Source of the DNA: Clostridia bacterium
GTDB lineage: Bacteria > Bacillota > Clostridia > Oscillospirales > CAG-272
Reading direction: 5' to 3'
NCBI GenBank assembly: GCA_017503105.1
Contig: JAFVTS010000010.1
Span: 30,419 to 94,418 of the forward strand
DNA: 64,000 nt
Part shown: in pieces, positions 22,158 to 31,480 of the stretch
How positions within the stretch are numbered: position 1 is the first letter of the stretch
Layout of the letters: every line of letters begins with the position of its first letter
Notes under the pieces: generated by a model
What the model was told of the DNA's origin: nothing
The model's database searches: none
What the model saw: the letters and a program-made list of their open reading frames with translations, nothing else
Made by a program: the position numbers and the translations under genes

Positions 22158-22420
22158 TTTTTGTTCTCCAAAATAAGGATTTTTTCTTATTGTAGCATAA
22201 ATATGTTCTAAAGTCAATCCGACTATTGTAAAAATTGTATGGCGTAATCGAAACGACCTTGCTCCAAAACGGCACCGTAAAGCATCTTTCTCCCCTTTTC
22301 TTCATATAATTTATAAAACGGGAGAAAAATAGGAAAAATGCCACGCTAATTTATCAATTGTTCAAACTGAGTTAATTATTTTTTAACATTTATCTGCTAA
22401 AATATATTAGTCACGTACAA

Positions 22421-22497
22421 GGACCATTAGCTCAGTTGGTTAGAGCTACCGGCTCATAACCGGTCGGTCCTAGGTTCGAGTCCTAGATGGTCCACCA
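22421..22497 (+). tRNA. tRNA-Ile2 (anticodon CAT, lysidine type)
   Basis: Cloverleaf GGACCAT/ATGGTCC, D-arm AGCTCAGTTGGTTAGAGC, anticodon arm ACCGG-CTCATAA-CCGGT, T-arm CTAGG-TTCGAGT-CCTAG, encoded CCA. G1:C72 pairing excludes initiator; C4:G69 and C5:G68 are TilS/Ile2 determinants. Confidence 0.88.
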
Positions 22498-22506
22498 ACA
22501 AAAGAG

Positions 22507-22982
22507 AGATAACCCTCGCGGTTATCTCTCTTTTGTTGTCGAGCCGTCAGGCTCGGGCGTAGCTTCGCGCCCCGAGCTCTATGCTCGCAAAGCACGTCAA
22601 TCACAAAAGCTTTAAAGACCGAGCGCGAAATAGGTTCGCATTCCCGCCGAAGAGCGCGTCGAGCTTGCTCGTAAGCGGCAAGGCGAGGAATATTGCCCCA
22701 ACGGGGCAAAGACCTAGATGATTAAACCCCAAGATAACCCTCGCGGTTATCTCTCTTTTGTTGTCGAGCCGTCAGGCTCGGGCGTAGCTTCGCGCTCCGA
22801 GCTCTATACTCGCAAGGCACGCCTATCGCAGAAGCTACAAAGACCGAGCGCGAAATAGGTTCGCATTCCCGCCGAAGAGCGCGTCGAGCTTGCTCGTAAG
22901 CGGCAAGGCGAGGAATATTGCCCTGACGGGGCAAAGACCTAGATGGTCTAACTGAGATAACCCTCGCGGTTATCTCTTTTTT
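22507..22982 (+). repeat. tRNA-linked ~225-bp tandem repeat (two units plus a third terminator hairpin)
   Basis: AGATAACCCTCGCGGTTATCTCT begins at 22507, 22732 and 22955; units are nearly identical; each ends in CCTAGATG(GTC), matching the tRNA 3' end. Confidence 0.92.
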
Positions 22983-23062
22983 ACAAGAGATTATTTCGGC
23001 ATTAAATTCAGATGTGAAAGATGAGCTAATTACAGCCGAACACTGACAACCTAATAAGATGA

Positions 23063-23133
23063 AGCACGCGGAGTTAACGAAGAGCCCTGCGTGCTTTTTG
23101 TTTTTTATAAACGGTTAGAACAAAACAGTATAT
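23063..23133 (+). repeat. ~70-bp imperfect direct repeat, copy 1 (terminator-like)
   Basis: AGCACG...AGAGCCCTGCGTGCTTTTTGTTTTTTATAAACGGTTAGAACAAAACAGTAT aligns with 28548-28619. Confidence 0.85.
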
Positions 23134-23533
23134 TGCTTTTTACGGTATTCAAATTCTCCTAAAGAGACTATCTTCAAAGTTTATATTTGTTTGCCTTTCG
23201 GTGGAGGATCGTAGCATAGTTCTCGTATATGTAAACGGTCACTCGGAGCTTAAATTTTGCTGATAAAATGCAAGCCGTAAAGAGTCAAATCTTTATCTTT
23301 AATATCAAATATCATTCAACGAAGTCGGGTAGAAATACCCGGCTTTTTGTTTTACGGTGATACAAATTTTCAAGCCTTGCTTTATTTCCAATTTAAGACC
23401 GTTGACATATACAAGCGTTACAAGCAATTTTGTTTTCTTCTTACCGAACCACGCTACGATGGGGTGCGGTGCCGAAAGGCAAAAAATTTAAATTTAAGGA
23501 GAAAAATTCAGCAAGTGCGAACGTAGTAATGCA

Positions 23534-23592
23534 AAAACTCGGTTTTCTCAAACGCTCTAATATTGCATTTGAGAAAGCCGAGTCGCTCTTTT
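23534..23592 (-). terminator. Hairpin downstream of the 1284-aa gene
   Basis: ACTCGGTTTTCTCAAA...TTTGAGAAAGCCGAGT inverted repeat. Confidence 0.55.
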
Positions 23593-23611
23593 TAACTGAG
23601 TTAACTTTTAA

Positions 23612-26600
23612 TCAATCGTTTCTGTACGGTTTGTTTTTCAGAACCCAATCTACCAATTGCTGAAGTCCGTTCATATCTGCTTCGGAATTGAATATTTGAA
23701 CGAAATTCGTTTCGTATGTTTCAGTCGTATTAACACTTAAAAATTTATCTGCGTCAAATTCTTCTCTGATCGAAGTATCGAGGCAAAAATCGTATGGAAG
23801 TGACGTTGCGCTCTCGCCGGTGAGAAGGCTGTATATGAGCATTGACTGAATATAACCCGTCAGCATCGTTCCGTGCTTTCCGTCTTTTACAATGAAGGAG
23901 TTTATGCTATACGTTTGGGTGGCATTCGGAACGGTATACTCTCCCTTTAAAATGCCGTCTATCAAGCCGCCCCAATCCGCAACAAGAATTCCTTGATCCT
24001 CAAATCCTGCAAGAAGGTCCTTCTGGTAAGAGTATGTATCGCCGTAAGTGCTGTTGTAGCCGTAAGCGCATGCGGTACCCATCACTATAAATTTCACGTC
24101 AGGATTTGCTTCCCTGAAGAAATCCATAACCTTAATTATCGTTGTATCAAAATTCGATTCCGCACCGGGGGATATTACAACGTAATCATAGTAGCGGTCC
24201 TCTAAATAGCTTTTATGATCGTAGGAGCAGTGACTACAATTATCCGAAAAGATGCTTCCAACACCGTGTCCGCCAAAGGTCCAGTTAGTAACATCAACCT
24301 CTGCTCCCATTTTCTTGCAAAGCTGATAAAAATATCCCTGATCGTTCTGTCTTTCCTCTTGTGTCTTGGCGCCGGATTCCAAGACTGTTTTTCCCCAAAA
24401 CAGGTATGAGTTACCGATAAATATGAATTTTTTCCTATTTAACATATGTTCTTCTCCCAGCGTTTCTTTATATGCTTTCGTTTCTTCGCCAAGAAGATAT
24501 AAGGAACGCGCAAGGTCTTTGAAGCTGTCGGGGATCTCCGTGCTGTCGGCACTCGTAAGGACGAGATAAAGCAGGGAATAAACGCTTAGCGTCACGGTCG
24601 TTTGCTTTTCTCCGTCTTCAAAAATAACGGTGTGCGCTTTGTCGAAGGTTGCGGGCGTGGGCTCGGTCAGGGTGACGCAGTACTCTCCTGAAATCTCGGA
24701 CTCATAAACAGGCAAAGACTTCTCCGTTACATTTCCGTTTTCACTTACGCTCTCATAGGCTCTTACGTTATTTGAACCTCTGAAGTAAATTTTCATCTCG
24801 GTGTGTGAGGTGAGCACGAGCTTTCCCTCGGTTACTGTGACCGCATTTCCCGTAATCACGGGCGCGTAATCAGCAACGTCCACCACTCCCACCGAATCTA
24901 TGGCATTTCTGTCATTCTCGGATAAATCTGCGTTTGGAAGCACGTCCGCCAAATCGTCGGGATTGCCGTTCATACCTGTGAAGTAGATTTGCGCGTACGA
25001 GCCGTAATTTTTCATTGCCTTTACGAGATCGTGGACAGCGGATTCTTGCGGTGTGGCAAGAAGCTCATCCAAATAATCGTTGATTGTTGTTTTGTAAGGA
25101 GAAACATTTGTATCGCCATCTGCCTCATAGCTGACGGTTATTTCTCTCGTCATATCTATGGAGCGAAGAGGGAGCGTGAGCTTATACAAGCCCTTGTTTT
25201 CGCCCTCCGTCTCGGGGGAGAGCTCGGAAATAGCAAATTCCGCCTTCTTGCTGCCGCCGGCTGCCGTAGTATCAAGAACGAGCTTGGAGTCAGCGTAATC
25301 GGCGGCTTCTTTACAGAGCTTTATATACGCGTTAAAGGCGATTGAATCCCCGATAGAGGCACTCTTTGAAATCACGGCGGCGTCGGAAGATATAGCGTGA
25401 CCGTCGCATATTTCACAGCGAGTGACCGTTTCACGCTTGGCTTTGCACCACTCGCAAGTGTCGCCAATGAAGCTATGTGCACATTCGTAATTTACGTCGG
25501 AGCGATAGAACTTAACGTTATCTATAGCAAACAAGTCTTTCGTGTTACTGCTTGCTATCTGAGGAGTTCTGATATAGCCGGGAGTGAAGGACGCCGCACC
25601 CTTCATCGCAATCTCGGTGCCTACAAAGCCTGAAAGATTTGAAGTGGTCCAAGTAGTTTTATCGCTATCTGCATCGCTGATCGCCTTCAAACCGCTTGCA
25701 ACGCGCTCGCCGTTTACGTATACGTCAAATATGTTATCTTCGGGGATATGATGGACGGTGATGGTATAGAATACCCCTTTCGTTAAAACCACGCTTTCAC
25801 CGTTCGAATCTTTTATGTCGGTGTATGTACCACCTTCGGCAATTAGACGCTGAAGAGTGCCGTCTTTTGATATTTGCAACGGCTTGAAAACAATGGTTTT
25901 ACCGGAGGAAGGTGCCGCCGTCATATCGTCGGTACCTCTCGTATAGGAAGCTATCTCGAAGGGTGTTAACACTTGGTTACCGTAGTGCATAAAGTCTAAG
26001 GTAGCCACATACGAATTCCCGATAACGCCGCTATTTATAACTTTCTTCAAGGAGTTGAATCCATTATGTTGAAGAAAGTCGTTGCTTCCGCCGGTGTTGG
26101 TGGCGGCACCGAATTTGACGTAAAGGTTTCCCGTTTCCTCGTCAACTACGGTGCTGATTGCAGACGCGGTACCGCTGTTGCGAGCGAATCCGGTAAAGAA
26201 CGGAGAAGTTTCCGTACTTTCGCCGTAAGCGAGCATATTTGACGCGCCTGCAAGAGCGACAACCTCGTCAGGAGTCAGAATTCCGCCTTCGGAGTGGCTT
26301 GACATAGCGAGCGTGCGGGTTTCTGTAAGACCGCAATCCTTGCAGGTATAGCTTACCTCGTTGGTAGCTGCCGCAAGATCGTGGGTGTGAGTAAGCTCGT
26401 AATCGTGAACGTGCTCAAAGAAAGTATCGGAGTAGTAGAACTTTACGTTGTCCCAAGCGTATTGGTCAGCTGTGAGATTTTTAACCGTTGAGTCACTGAT
26501 CTGACAGGTTCTCGCAAGAGCGGGAATATAGTCAACCGCACCGTTTACGGTAATCTGGGTCACATCCGATGCATAAGTAAGCGTGCCTGAGGTGAAGTCC

Positions 26601-27466
26601 ATCTGATCGCTTTGAAGAGCGGTGAGTGCCTGAACATTTTCTATAATAAGCTTGCCGTCAACGTAAGCGTCGTATGTGTTGGGGGGAGAGGTTTCGTCAC
26701 CCGCAGGAGTATGGTGAACGGCAAAAGTATGGAAATTTCCGTCCTTAACGTTGACCGCGGTGGAAACGTAAGCGTTTTCACCCTTTGACGCGTCGAGATA
26801 CTGCACTGTTCCGCCGTTAAGAATGCGTAGGAAGTAAGGAATTGTCGCACCTCCGAGCGTGGTGCAGCCGTCAGAGCCCTTGAGGTAACACATAGTACCG
26901 AGAACTTGTACTGATTGCACGGAGAGAGTGTCGAAGAGAAGCATATCGACAGAGATTACGTAGGACTTGCCTTTGAGGGCTTCAAAGTTGTTAAGCGTGG
27001 AAACCTGGTATGGGGAGCTAAAGTCGGTTCTTACGAAGTTCTGAAAGGAAGTGTCGGTCTTAGTGGGCGTTACTGTAGGAGCGCCAAGCTTTGTGTAGGT
27101 GTTGTCGCTTTCATCGGTAACGGTAGAGATAGCGCTGCGGGGATCGTTTTCTCTTCCTTTTCCGTCGCTTGAGACAAAGAGCACGTTGTCGGCATATTTT
27201 GAGATTTCATCCGTGGGGAGAGAACCGCCGTATGGAAGCTCGCCAAAGCAGAGGTCGCATACTCTGTCGCCATTTACATCAATAGTCCCTCCGCAAACAG
27301 TACAGGTGTAGGTCGCCTCGGAGGCAGCATTGATTTGTTCGGTGTTGGTTACAAGATCGTTTTGCTCAGTCTGCGCTGTCTCTTCGTCCGCCGCGAATAT
27401 GTTCGTCGAAAGAGCGGAGAAGAGCATCGTGAGCACAAGCAAGAGAGAAATAATTTTCTTTTTCAT
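23612..27466 (-). CDS. Large secreted modular protein: two tandem LamG/lectin-like repeats, Cys-rich linkers, C-terminal SGNH/GDSL-like esterase
   Basis: Signal peptide; duplicated blocks (SAISTV.DE, SYV..D, VHH.P..N.YD.YV.G, DNVKFY.SD); CxxC pairs; C-terminal FIFIGNSY ... DGKHG (SGNH block I and DxxH). Confidence 0.75.
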   Translation of the reverse strand: MKKKIISLLLVLTMLFSALSTNIFAADEETAQTEQNDLVTNTEQINAASEATYTCTVCGGTIDVNGDRVCDLCFGELPYGGSLPTDEISKYADNVLFVSSDGKGRENDPRSAISTVTDESDNTYTKLGAPTVTPTKTDTSFQNFVRTDFSSPYQVSTLNNFEALKGKSYVISVDMLLFDTLSVQSVQVLGTMCYLKGSDGCTTLGGATIPYFLRILNGGTVQYLDASKGENAYVSTAVNVKDGNFHTFAVHHTPAGDETSPPNTYDAYVDGKLIIENVQALTALQSDQMDFTSGTLTYASDVTQITVNGAVDYIPALARTCQISDSTVKNLTADQYAWDNVKFYYSDTFFEHVHDYELTHTHDLAAATNEVSYTCKDCGLTETRTLAMSSHSEGGILTPDEVVALAGASNMLAYGESTETSPFFTGFARNSGTASAISTVVDEETGNLYVKFGAATNTGGSNDFLQHNGFNSLKKVINSGVIGNSYVATLDFMHYGNQVLTPFEIASYTRGTDDMTAAPSSGKTIVFKPLQISKDGTLQRLIAEGGTYTDIKDSNGESVVLTKGVFYTITVHHIPEDNIFDVYVNGERVASGLKAISDADSDKTTWTTSNLSGFVGTEIAMKGAASFTPGYIRTPQIASSNTKDLFAIDNVKFYRSDVNYECAHSFIGDTCEWCKAKRETVTRCEICDGHAISSDAAVISKSASIGDSIAFNAYIKLCKEAADYADSKLVLDTTAAGGSKKAEFAISELSPETEGENKGLYKLTLPLRSIDMTREITVSYEADGDTNVSPYKTTINDYLDELLATPQESAVHDLVKAMKNYGSYAQIYFTGMNGNPDDLADVLPNADLSENDRNAIDSVGVVDVADYAPVITGNAVTVTEGKLVLTSHTEMKIYFRGSNNVRAYESVSENGNVTEKSLPVYESEISGEYCVTLTEPTPATFDKAHTVIFEDGEKQTTVTLSVYSLLYLVLTSADSTEIPDSFKDLARSLYLLGEETKAYKETLGEEHMLNRKKFIFIGNSYLFWGKTVLESGAKTQEERQNDQGYFYQLCKKMGAEVDVTNWTFGGHGVGSIFSDNCSHCSYDHKSYLEDRYYDYVVISPGAESNFDTTIIKVMDFFREANPDVKFIVMGTACAYGYNSTYGDTYSYQKDLLAGFEDQGILVADWGGLIDGILKGEYTVPNATQTYSINSFIVKDGKHGTMLTGYIQSMLIYSLLTGESATSLPYDFCLDTSIREEFDADKFLSVNTTETYETNFVQIFNSEADMNGLQQLVDWVLKNKPYRND

Positions 27467-27582
27467 CTTGTGGTTTCCTTTTCTTAAATTTTTTTAGTTG
27501 CATATTGATTATAGCACAAAAATATGGTATAATCAAATATGAATTGTTATATATTGTTATAAGCGAGAGGTTATGATGCACT

Positions 27583-28542
27583 ATGGAATTGATAAAGAAA
27601 TATATTTATGAGGTATACAAGGAAAGTAATTTTACAAAAGCGGCACGAAAGCTTTTCATTTCGCAGCCTGCGCTCAGTTCGGCTGTTTCAAAATATGAAA
27701 AAAGCTTAGGGTTCCGAATATTTGACCGTTCCAAGAATCCCTTGAAAGTGACTGCGGAGGGAAGAATTCTGATAGAATCCATCGCAAACATCATTAATAT
27801 AGAAACCTTAGCGGAGCAGGAAATTTCTCTTATGAAGAGAGAGCCTAAAAACGAAATAGTAATAGGCGCGGCTACTTCCGTTGCGTATTATTTGATTCCA
27901 AAGATCTGCGCGATATTTCATAAAGAAAATCCCTCTGTATCAATAAAGATTGATTTGGGAAATACGACTATCTACGGTAATTTTTTTAAAAAAGTGCAAA
28001 ACGGAACGCTTGATCTTGTAATTGACTGTATTCCTACCTGGGATTCTCTTGAAAGCATCGTGATATGCAAGGAAAGTATGGTAGTGGTAGTGCCGGAGGA
28101 TATGGTCTCAGAAAGATTAAAGCGATATGCACTCACTTACGATGAATTACAGAAGGTTGACCTCTCCGACGTGGTAAGAGTGAAAGATAGTTCGCTGTTC
28201 GAGGATGTTTCCTTTGCTGATTTTCCGCCAACAAGCCTTATTATGAAATCTAAAATGAAGGAATTGTTCGGCGAGTATCATACGATTCCGTTGGTCGTTT
28301 TCAATCACCATAACAGTATACTTCATCACAGTTTGGCAAAAGAAGGAGTTGGAGCTGTTCTCGTAAGCATAGGTGCCGCAAAGGCGTTCTTTTCGAATTC
28401 GGATAAAGTGTCTTTCTTTTTGCTTGACAATGAAAAAGCCAAAAGAGAGATTTATCTGACAGTAGCAGACAAGAACCTTAATTCTCCGCTAATAAAAAGG
28501 GTCGTTGAAATTGCCAAAGCCGTGTGCGAAGATATAAAATAA
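27583..28542 (+). CDS. LysR-family transcriptional regulator
   Basis: NFTKAARKLFISQPALS..V.KYEKSLG..IFDRS; divergent from the large secreted gene. Confidence 0.95.
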   Translation: MELIKKYIYEVYKESNFTKAARKLFISQPALSSAVSKYEKSLGFRIFDRSKNPLKVTAEGRILIESIANIINIETLAEQEISLMKREPKNEIVIGAATSVAYYLIPKICAIFHKENPSVSIKIDLGNTTIYGNFFKKVQNGTLDLVIDCIPTWDSLESIVICKESMVVVVPEDMVSERLKRYALTYDELQKVDLSDVVRVKDSSLFEDVSFADFPPTSLIMKSKMKELFGEYHTIPLVVFNHHNSILHHSLAKEGVGAVLVSIGAAKAFFSNSDKVSFFLLDNEKAKREIYLTVADKNLNSPLIKRVVEIAKAVCEDIK

Positions 28543-28547
28543 AAACG

Positions 28548-28619
28548 AGCACGTAAGGTTCTAAAAAGAGCCTTGCGTGCTTTTTGTTTTTTATAAATGG
28601 TCAGAACAAAACAGTATTT
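28548..28619 (+). repeat. ~70-bp imperfect direct repeat, copy 2
   Basis: AGCACG...AGAGCCTTGCGTGCTTTTTGTTTTTTATAAATGGTCAGAACAAAACAGTAT; follows the LysR stop and abuts the recombinase truncation point. Confidence 0.85.
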
Positions 28620-29341
28620 TCTCCGGAAAGCTTGTGTGCGGACTTTGCAAACACAAGATGAGCGGAGAGAGCGGAATTAGTCAGAATAGCGAAACACATT
28701 ATTACTACGTTTGCGTGGCGTGAAGAAGAAAGAAACAAAAATGCGAAACGAAAGCAATACGCAAGCAAGAGCTTGAAGATATGGTAATAGGCGCGACAAC
28801 AAGATTGCTGAACACGCCCGACGTTATAGAAAAGATAGCAAAAACCATACATAATATTCACGAAAAAGAAACTCGCGACAATACGGCACTCAAGCTGCTT
28901 GTCAAAAAGCGAGAGGAAGCCTTCAAAGCAAGCAGAAATATCATAAAAGCGATCGAACAAGGCATTATCAACGATATGACAAAAGGTCGAATGAAGGAGC
29001 TTGAAGCCGAGATAAAGCAATACGACTTCGATATTGAAATGGAGAAGCAAAAATCGTATTCATACCTCTCGCTCGAAGATATAACCGCGTTTTTGAAAAG
29101 CAACGTCTTTGACAGTACGGACGATATAAACATTCGCAAGGCGATTGTCAATACCTTCATACGCGAAGTAATGCTTTATCCCGATAAGGTCATCATTACA
29201 TATAAGTTTTCCGACAAGATCGAGAATCATAAAATCACACCCGAAACAATAAACAAAACCGAAGAGCAGATAACCTCTGCTCTTTCTTATACCGATAGTT
29301 CGTGCTTATTCTATCCTGTGCCACCAACAAAAGAGAGATAA
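28619..29341 (+). pseudogene. Large serine recombinase C-terminal remnant (Zn ribbon plus coiled coil)
   Basis: FSGKLVCGLCKHKMSGESG...HYYYVCVA*RRKKQKCETKAIRK..LE with in-frame TGA at 28721; NIIKAIEQG, AIVNTFIREV; catalytic N-terminal domain missing. Confidence 0.85.
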
Positions 29342-29496
29342 CCCTCGCGGTTATCTCTCTTTTGTTGTCGAGCCGTCAGGCTCGGGCGTAGCGGAGCATT
29401 GTAAGCAAAGACGAGGGGCGCTTTCTTGTAAGTTTTACATTCGCGATGTAATATTCGGTTTGCTGCCAATATTCGGTGGAACTTGTATTAAAAGGC

Positions 29497-29525
29497 TTGA
29501 ATTGTCATATTGAATATGTTATAAT
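29497..29525 (+). promoter_or_regulatory. Sigma-A-type promoter of the deacetylase gene
   Basis: TTGAAT-17 bp-TATAAT. Confidence 0.6.
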
Positions 29526-29558
29526 GAACTTGTAAAATTCAAAATCGGAGGGATTTTT

Positions 29559-30410
29559 ATGAAATATAATTTTATCAGATTTCCGGGCGGAAAAAGCAAA
29601 GCTGTGACTCTCAGCTATGATGACGGTGCCTGCAACGACGTTCAATTTCTTGAAACCGTCAATAAATACGGTTTAAAATGCACGTTTAATCTTGTGGGCA
29701 AGAACGTGGAGAAGGGCGAGCCGCTCAGCGCTCAGTTTATTAAAGAAAACATGCTTGCAAAGGGGCACGAGGTCGCAACTCACGGTTACAATCACAGAGC
29801 CCTCAACAGGGTGCGTTCCATTGAGGGCATTCGCGACACTCTTGAATGCCGCCTTGCGCTTGAGCGCGCGCTTGGAATCATCGTGCGCGGTATGGCGTTC
29901 CCCGACGTTTCCGTGAATCGCTCAAGTCAGCCCGACCTTTACGAAACGATCAGGGAATATCTATGCGATCTTGATATTGCTTATGTGCGTTCTGCGGGTC
30001 AAGATAACAACACGTTCTCAATTCCCGACGATTGGCATCAGTGGATCCCCACGGCGCATCACGATAATTCGAACGTTATGGAATACATCGACGAGTTTTT
30101 GAATATGGACGTTGACAAAATGTACATTAGCCGGCGCAATGCAAAGCTCTTCTATCTTTGGGGGCACTCCTTTGAGTTCGAGCGCAAGAATAATTGGGAC
30201 CACTTGGAAGCCATTTGTGAGAAGCTTGGCGGAAAAGATGACGTCTGGTATGCGACGAATATCGAAATCTACAACTACGTTGAGGCGTACCGCCATCTGC
30301 AATACAGCGCGGACGGCACTATCGTCTACAACCCCACGCTCTATGAAATTTGGTTCGACATTGACAAAAAACTCTACCACATAACCCCCGGCGAAACTTT
30401 GAGGATATAA
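29559..30410 (+). CDS. Polysaccharide deacetylase family (CE4/NodB-like) protein
   Basis: KAVTLSYDDG, GHEVATHGYNH, RGMAFP, FYLWGHSFEF, WYATN. Confidence 0.9.
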   Translation: MKYNFIRFPGGKSKAVTLSYDDGACNDVQFLETVNKYGLKCTFNLVGKNVEKGEPLSAQFIKENMLAKGHEVATHGYNHRALNRVRSIEGIRDTLECRLALERALGIIVRGMAFPDVSVNRSSQPDLYETIREYLCDLDIAYVRSAGQDNNTFSIPDDWHQWIPTAHHDNSNVMEYIDEFLNMDVDKMYISRRNAKLFYLWGHSFEFERKNNWDHLEAICEKLGGKDDVWYATNIEIYNYVEAYRHLQYSADGTIVYNPTLYEIWFDIDKKLYHITPGETLRI

Positions 30411-30465
30411 AAGGTATAACACAAAAAACTTGCGGAGCACGCAAGGCGTGTGCTTTTTGCTGTAA

Positions 30466-30557
30466 GGCGTAGCTTCGCGCTACGAGCTCTATACTCGCAA
30501 GGCACGCCTGCCGCAGAAGCTTTAAAGCCTTGGATGTTTTTTGGGGCTCTGTTTTTG
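30466..30557 (+). repeat. Partial dispersed copy of the tRNA-linked repeat
   Basis: GGCGTAGCTTCGCGCTACGAGCTCTATACTCGCAAGGCACGCC...GCAGAAGCTTTAAAG matches the middle of the 225-bp unit. Confidence 0.88.
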
Positions 30558-30636
30558 TAAAAGCCAACCCGAAATTCGTTTAGAAAGCGGGCAGTTCAAC
30601 AAAAAGTGCAGAGCAAACGCGGTAATACGCGTCATA

Positions 30637-30665
30637 TTGACATTTTACAGCTTTGGGTTTATAAT
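30637..30665 (+). promoter_or_regulatory. Consensus sigma-A promoter heading the AT-rich gene array
   Basis: TTGACA (30637)-17 bp-TATAAT (30660). Confidence 0.75.
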
Positions 30666-30669
30666 AAAA

Positions 30670-30873
30670 ATGGAGAATGACCCGAGCGGGCACTTTTTGC
30701 CGTCAGCATTGATAACGGGGTTCTTTATAGTAGCGACAATAGGTTTTGCGGCAACCGTCTATTCCGATTATAAGGATGACGGACAAGTATTTAACGGAAG
30801 CGTATCATCCAAAGATTATGTTGTATATACGATAGTTGACGATGTTATGGCATTAGGAGTAAGAGGAGAATAG
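30670..30873 (+). pseudogene. RHS toxin post-core remnant
   Basis: MENDPSGHFLPSALITGFFIVATIGFAATVYSDYKDDGQVFNGSV: DPxG motif followed by a small-residue hydrophobic segment, as at the RHS core/toxin junction; no YD repeats upstream. Confidence 0.6.
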
Positions 30874-31431
30874 ATGAAAACATATATTTTTGAATGGACA
30901 ATAAAAGATGATAATGGTGATGATCATTTAGTAAAAATCAAAAAGGAGGAGCGGAATCGATATATCTATTTAGATGATATTAAGATCGATATGATTCCTA
31001 ACGATTTTCATCACTCTGAAATTTTCAATTTTGAGTATAATTTCAGCATTTTAAACAAGAACGCAAAAATTATATATAGAGTAAGTAGCAATACAAATCC
31101 AATAGACTTGTTCATAGACGGTCAAAATGTTGATGCGAATGGACGTAAAAATTGTCATGTGCCAAAGCTACCTATTTATGGAATTATATCGCTTGTTTTA
31201 GGATTTGTTTTAACATTTTTTATCGAGATGCAGGTGATTAAACTAAACGATCCTAATTATATCTTATGGGCTATTTGTCCGTGGGGTCCGATGCTGTTTT
31301 TAAGAATGGTAATTAATGCTCCAATAATCGTTCAAATTCCTAAACCGGTAGCGCATATAATAAGAATTATTTTTCAAGCATTTTTGGTAGTTGTATTAGG
31401 ACAAATGTTGTGGTATCTTAAAACAAGATAA
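30874..31431 (+). CDS. Hypothetical membrane protein (candidate orphan immunity protein)
   Basis: AT-rich ORF; AGAGGAG RBS; three C-terminal hydrophobic segments; abuts the RHS remnant stop. Confidence 0.7.
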   Translation: MKTYIFEWTIKDDNGDDHLVKIKKEERNRYIYLDDIKIDMIPNDFHHSEIFNFEYNFSILNKNAKIIYRVSSNTNPIDLFIDGQNVDANGRKNCHVPKLPIYGIISLVLGFVLTFFIEMQVIKLNDPNYILWAICPWGPMLFLRMVINAPIIVQIPKPVAHIIRIIFQAFLVVVLGQMLWYLKTR

Positions 31432-31480
31432 AACTTCTTATGTGTAAAAATATAATAGCACATAAAAACACTATGAAAAA

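Larger units (their letters stand above)
22492..29392. mobile_element. Decayed serine-recombinase integrative element at the tRNA-Ile2 3' end
   Basis: 72-bp exact direct repeat 22492-22563 / 29321-29392 starting at the tRNA CCACCA; the recombinase remnant reads into the second copy. Confidence 0.7.

Noticed and set aside
22421-22497. tRNA-Met (initiator or elongator)
   Set aside because: The anticodon is CAT, but the paired G1:C72, lack of three G:C anticodon-stem pairs and C4:G69/C5:G68 point to Ile2.
22470-22934. Two similar minus-strand ORFs (79 and 70 aa, ...NIPRLAAYEQARR...)
   Set aside because: They are translations of the 225-bp repeat; one runs antisense into the tRNA; no convincing start or RBS.
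22498-22982. CRISPR array (recurring AGATAACCCTCGCGGTTATCTCT palindrome)
   Set aside because: The intervening ~200-bp segments are near-identical rather than unique spacers, and no cas genes are in the window.
28601-29050. 149-aa minus-strand ORF
   Set aside because: Antisense to the recombinase remnant, whose plus frame carries the recognisable motifs.
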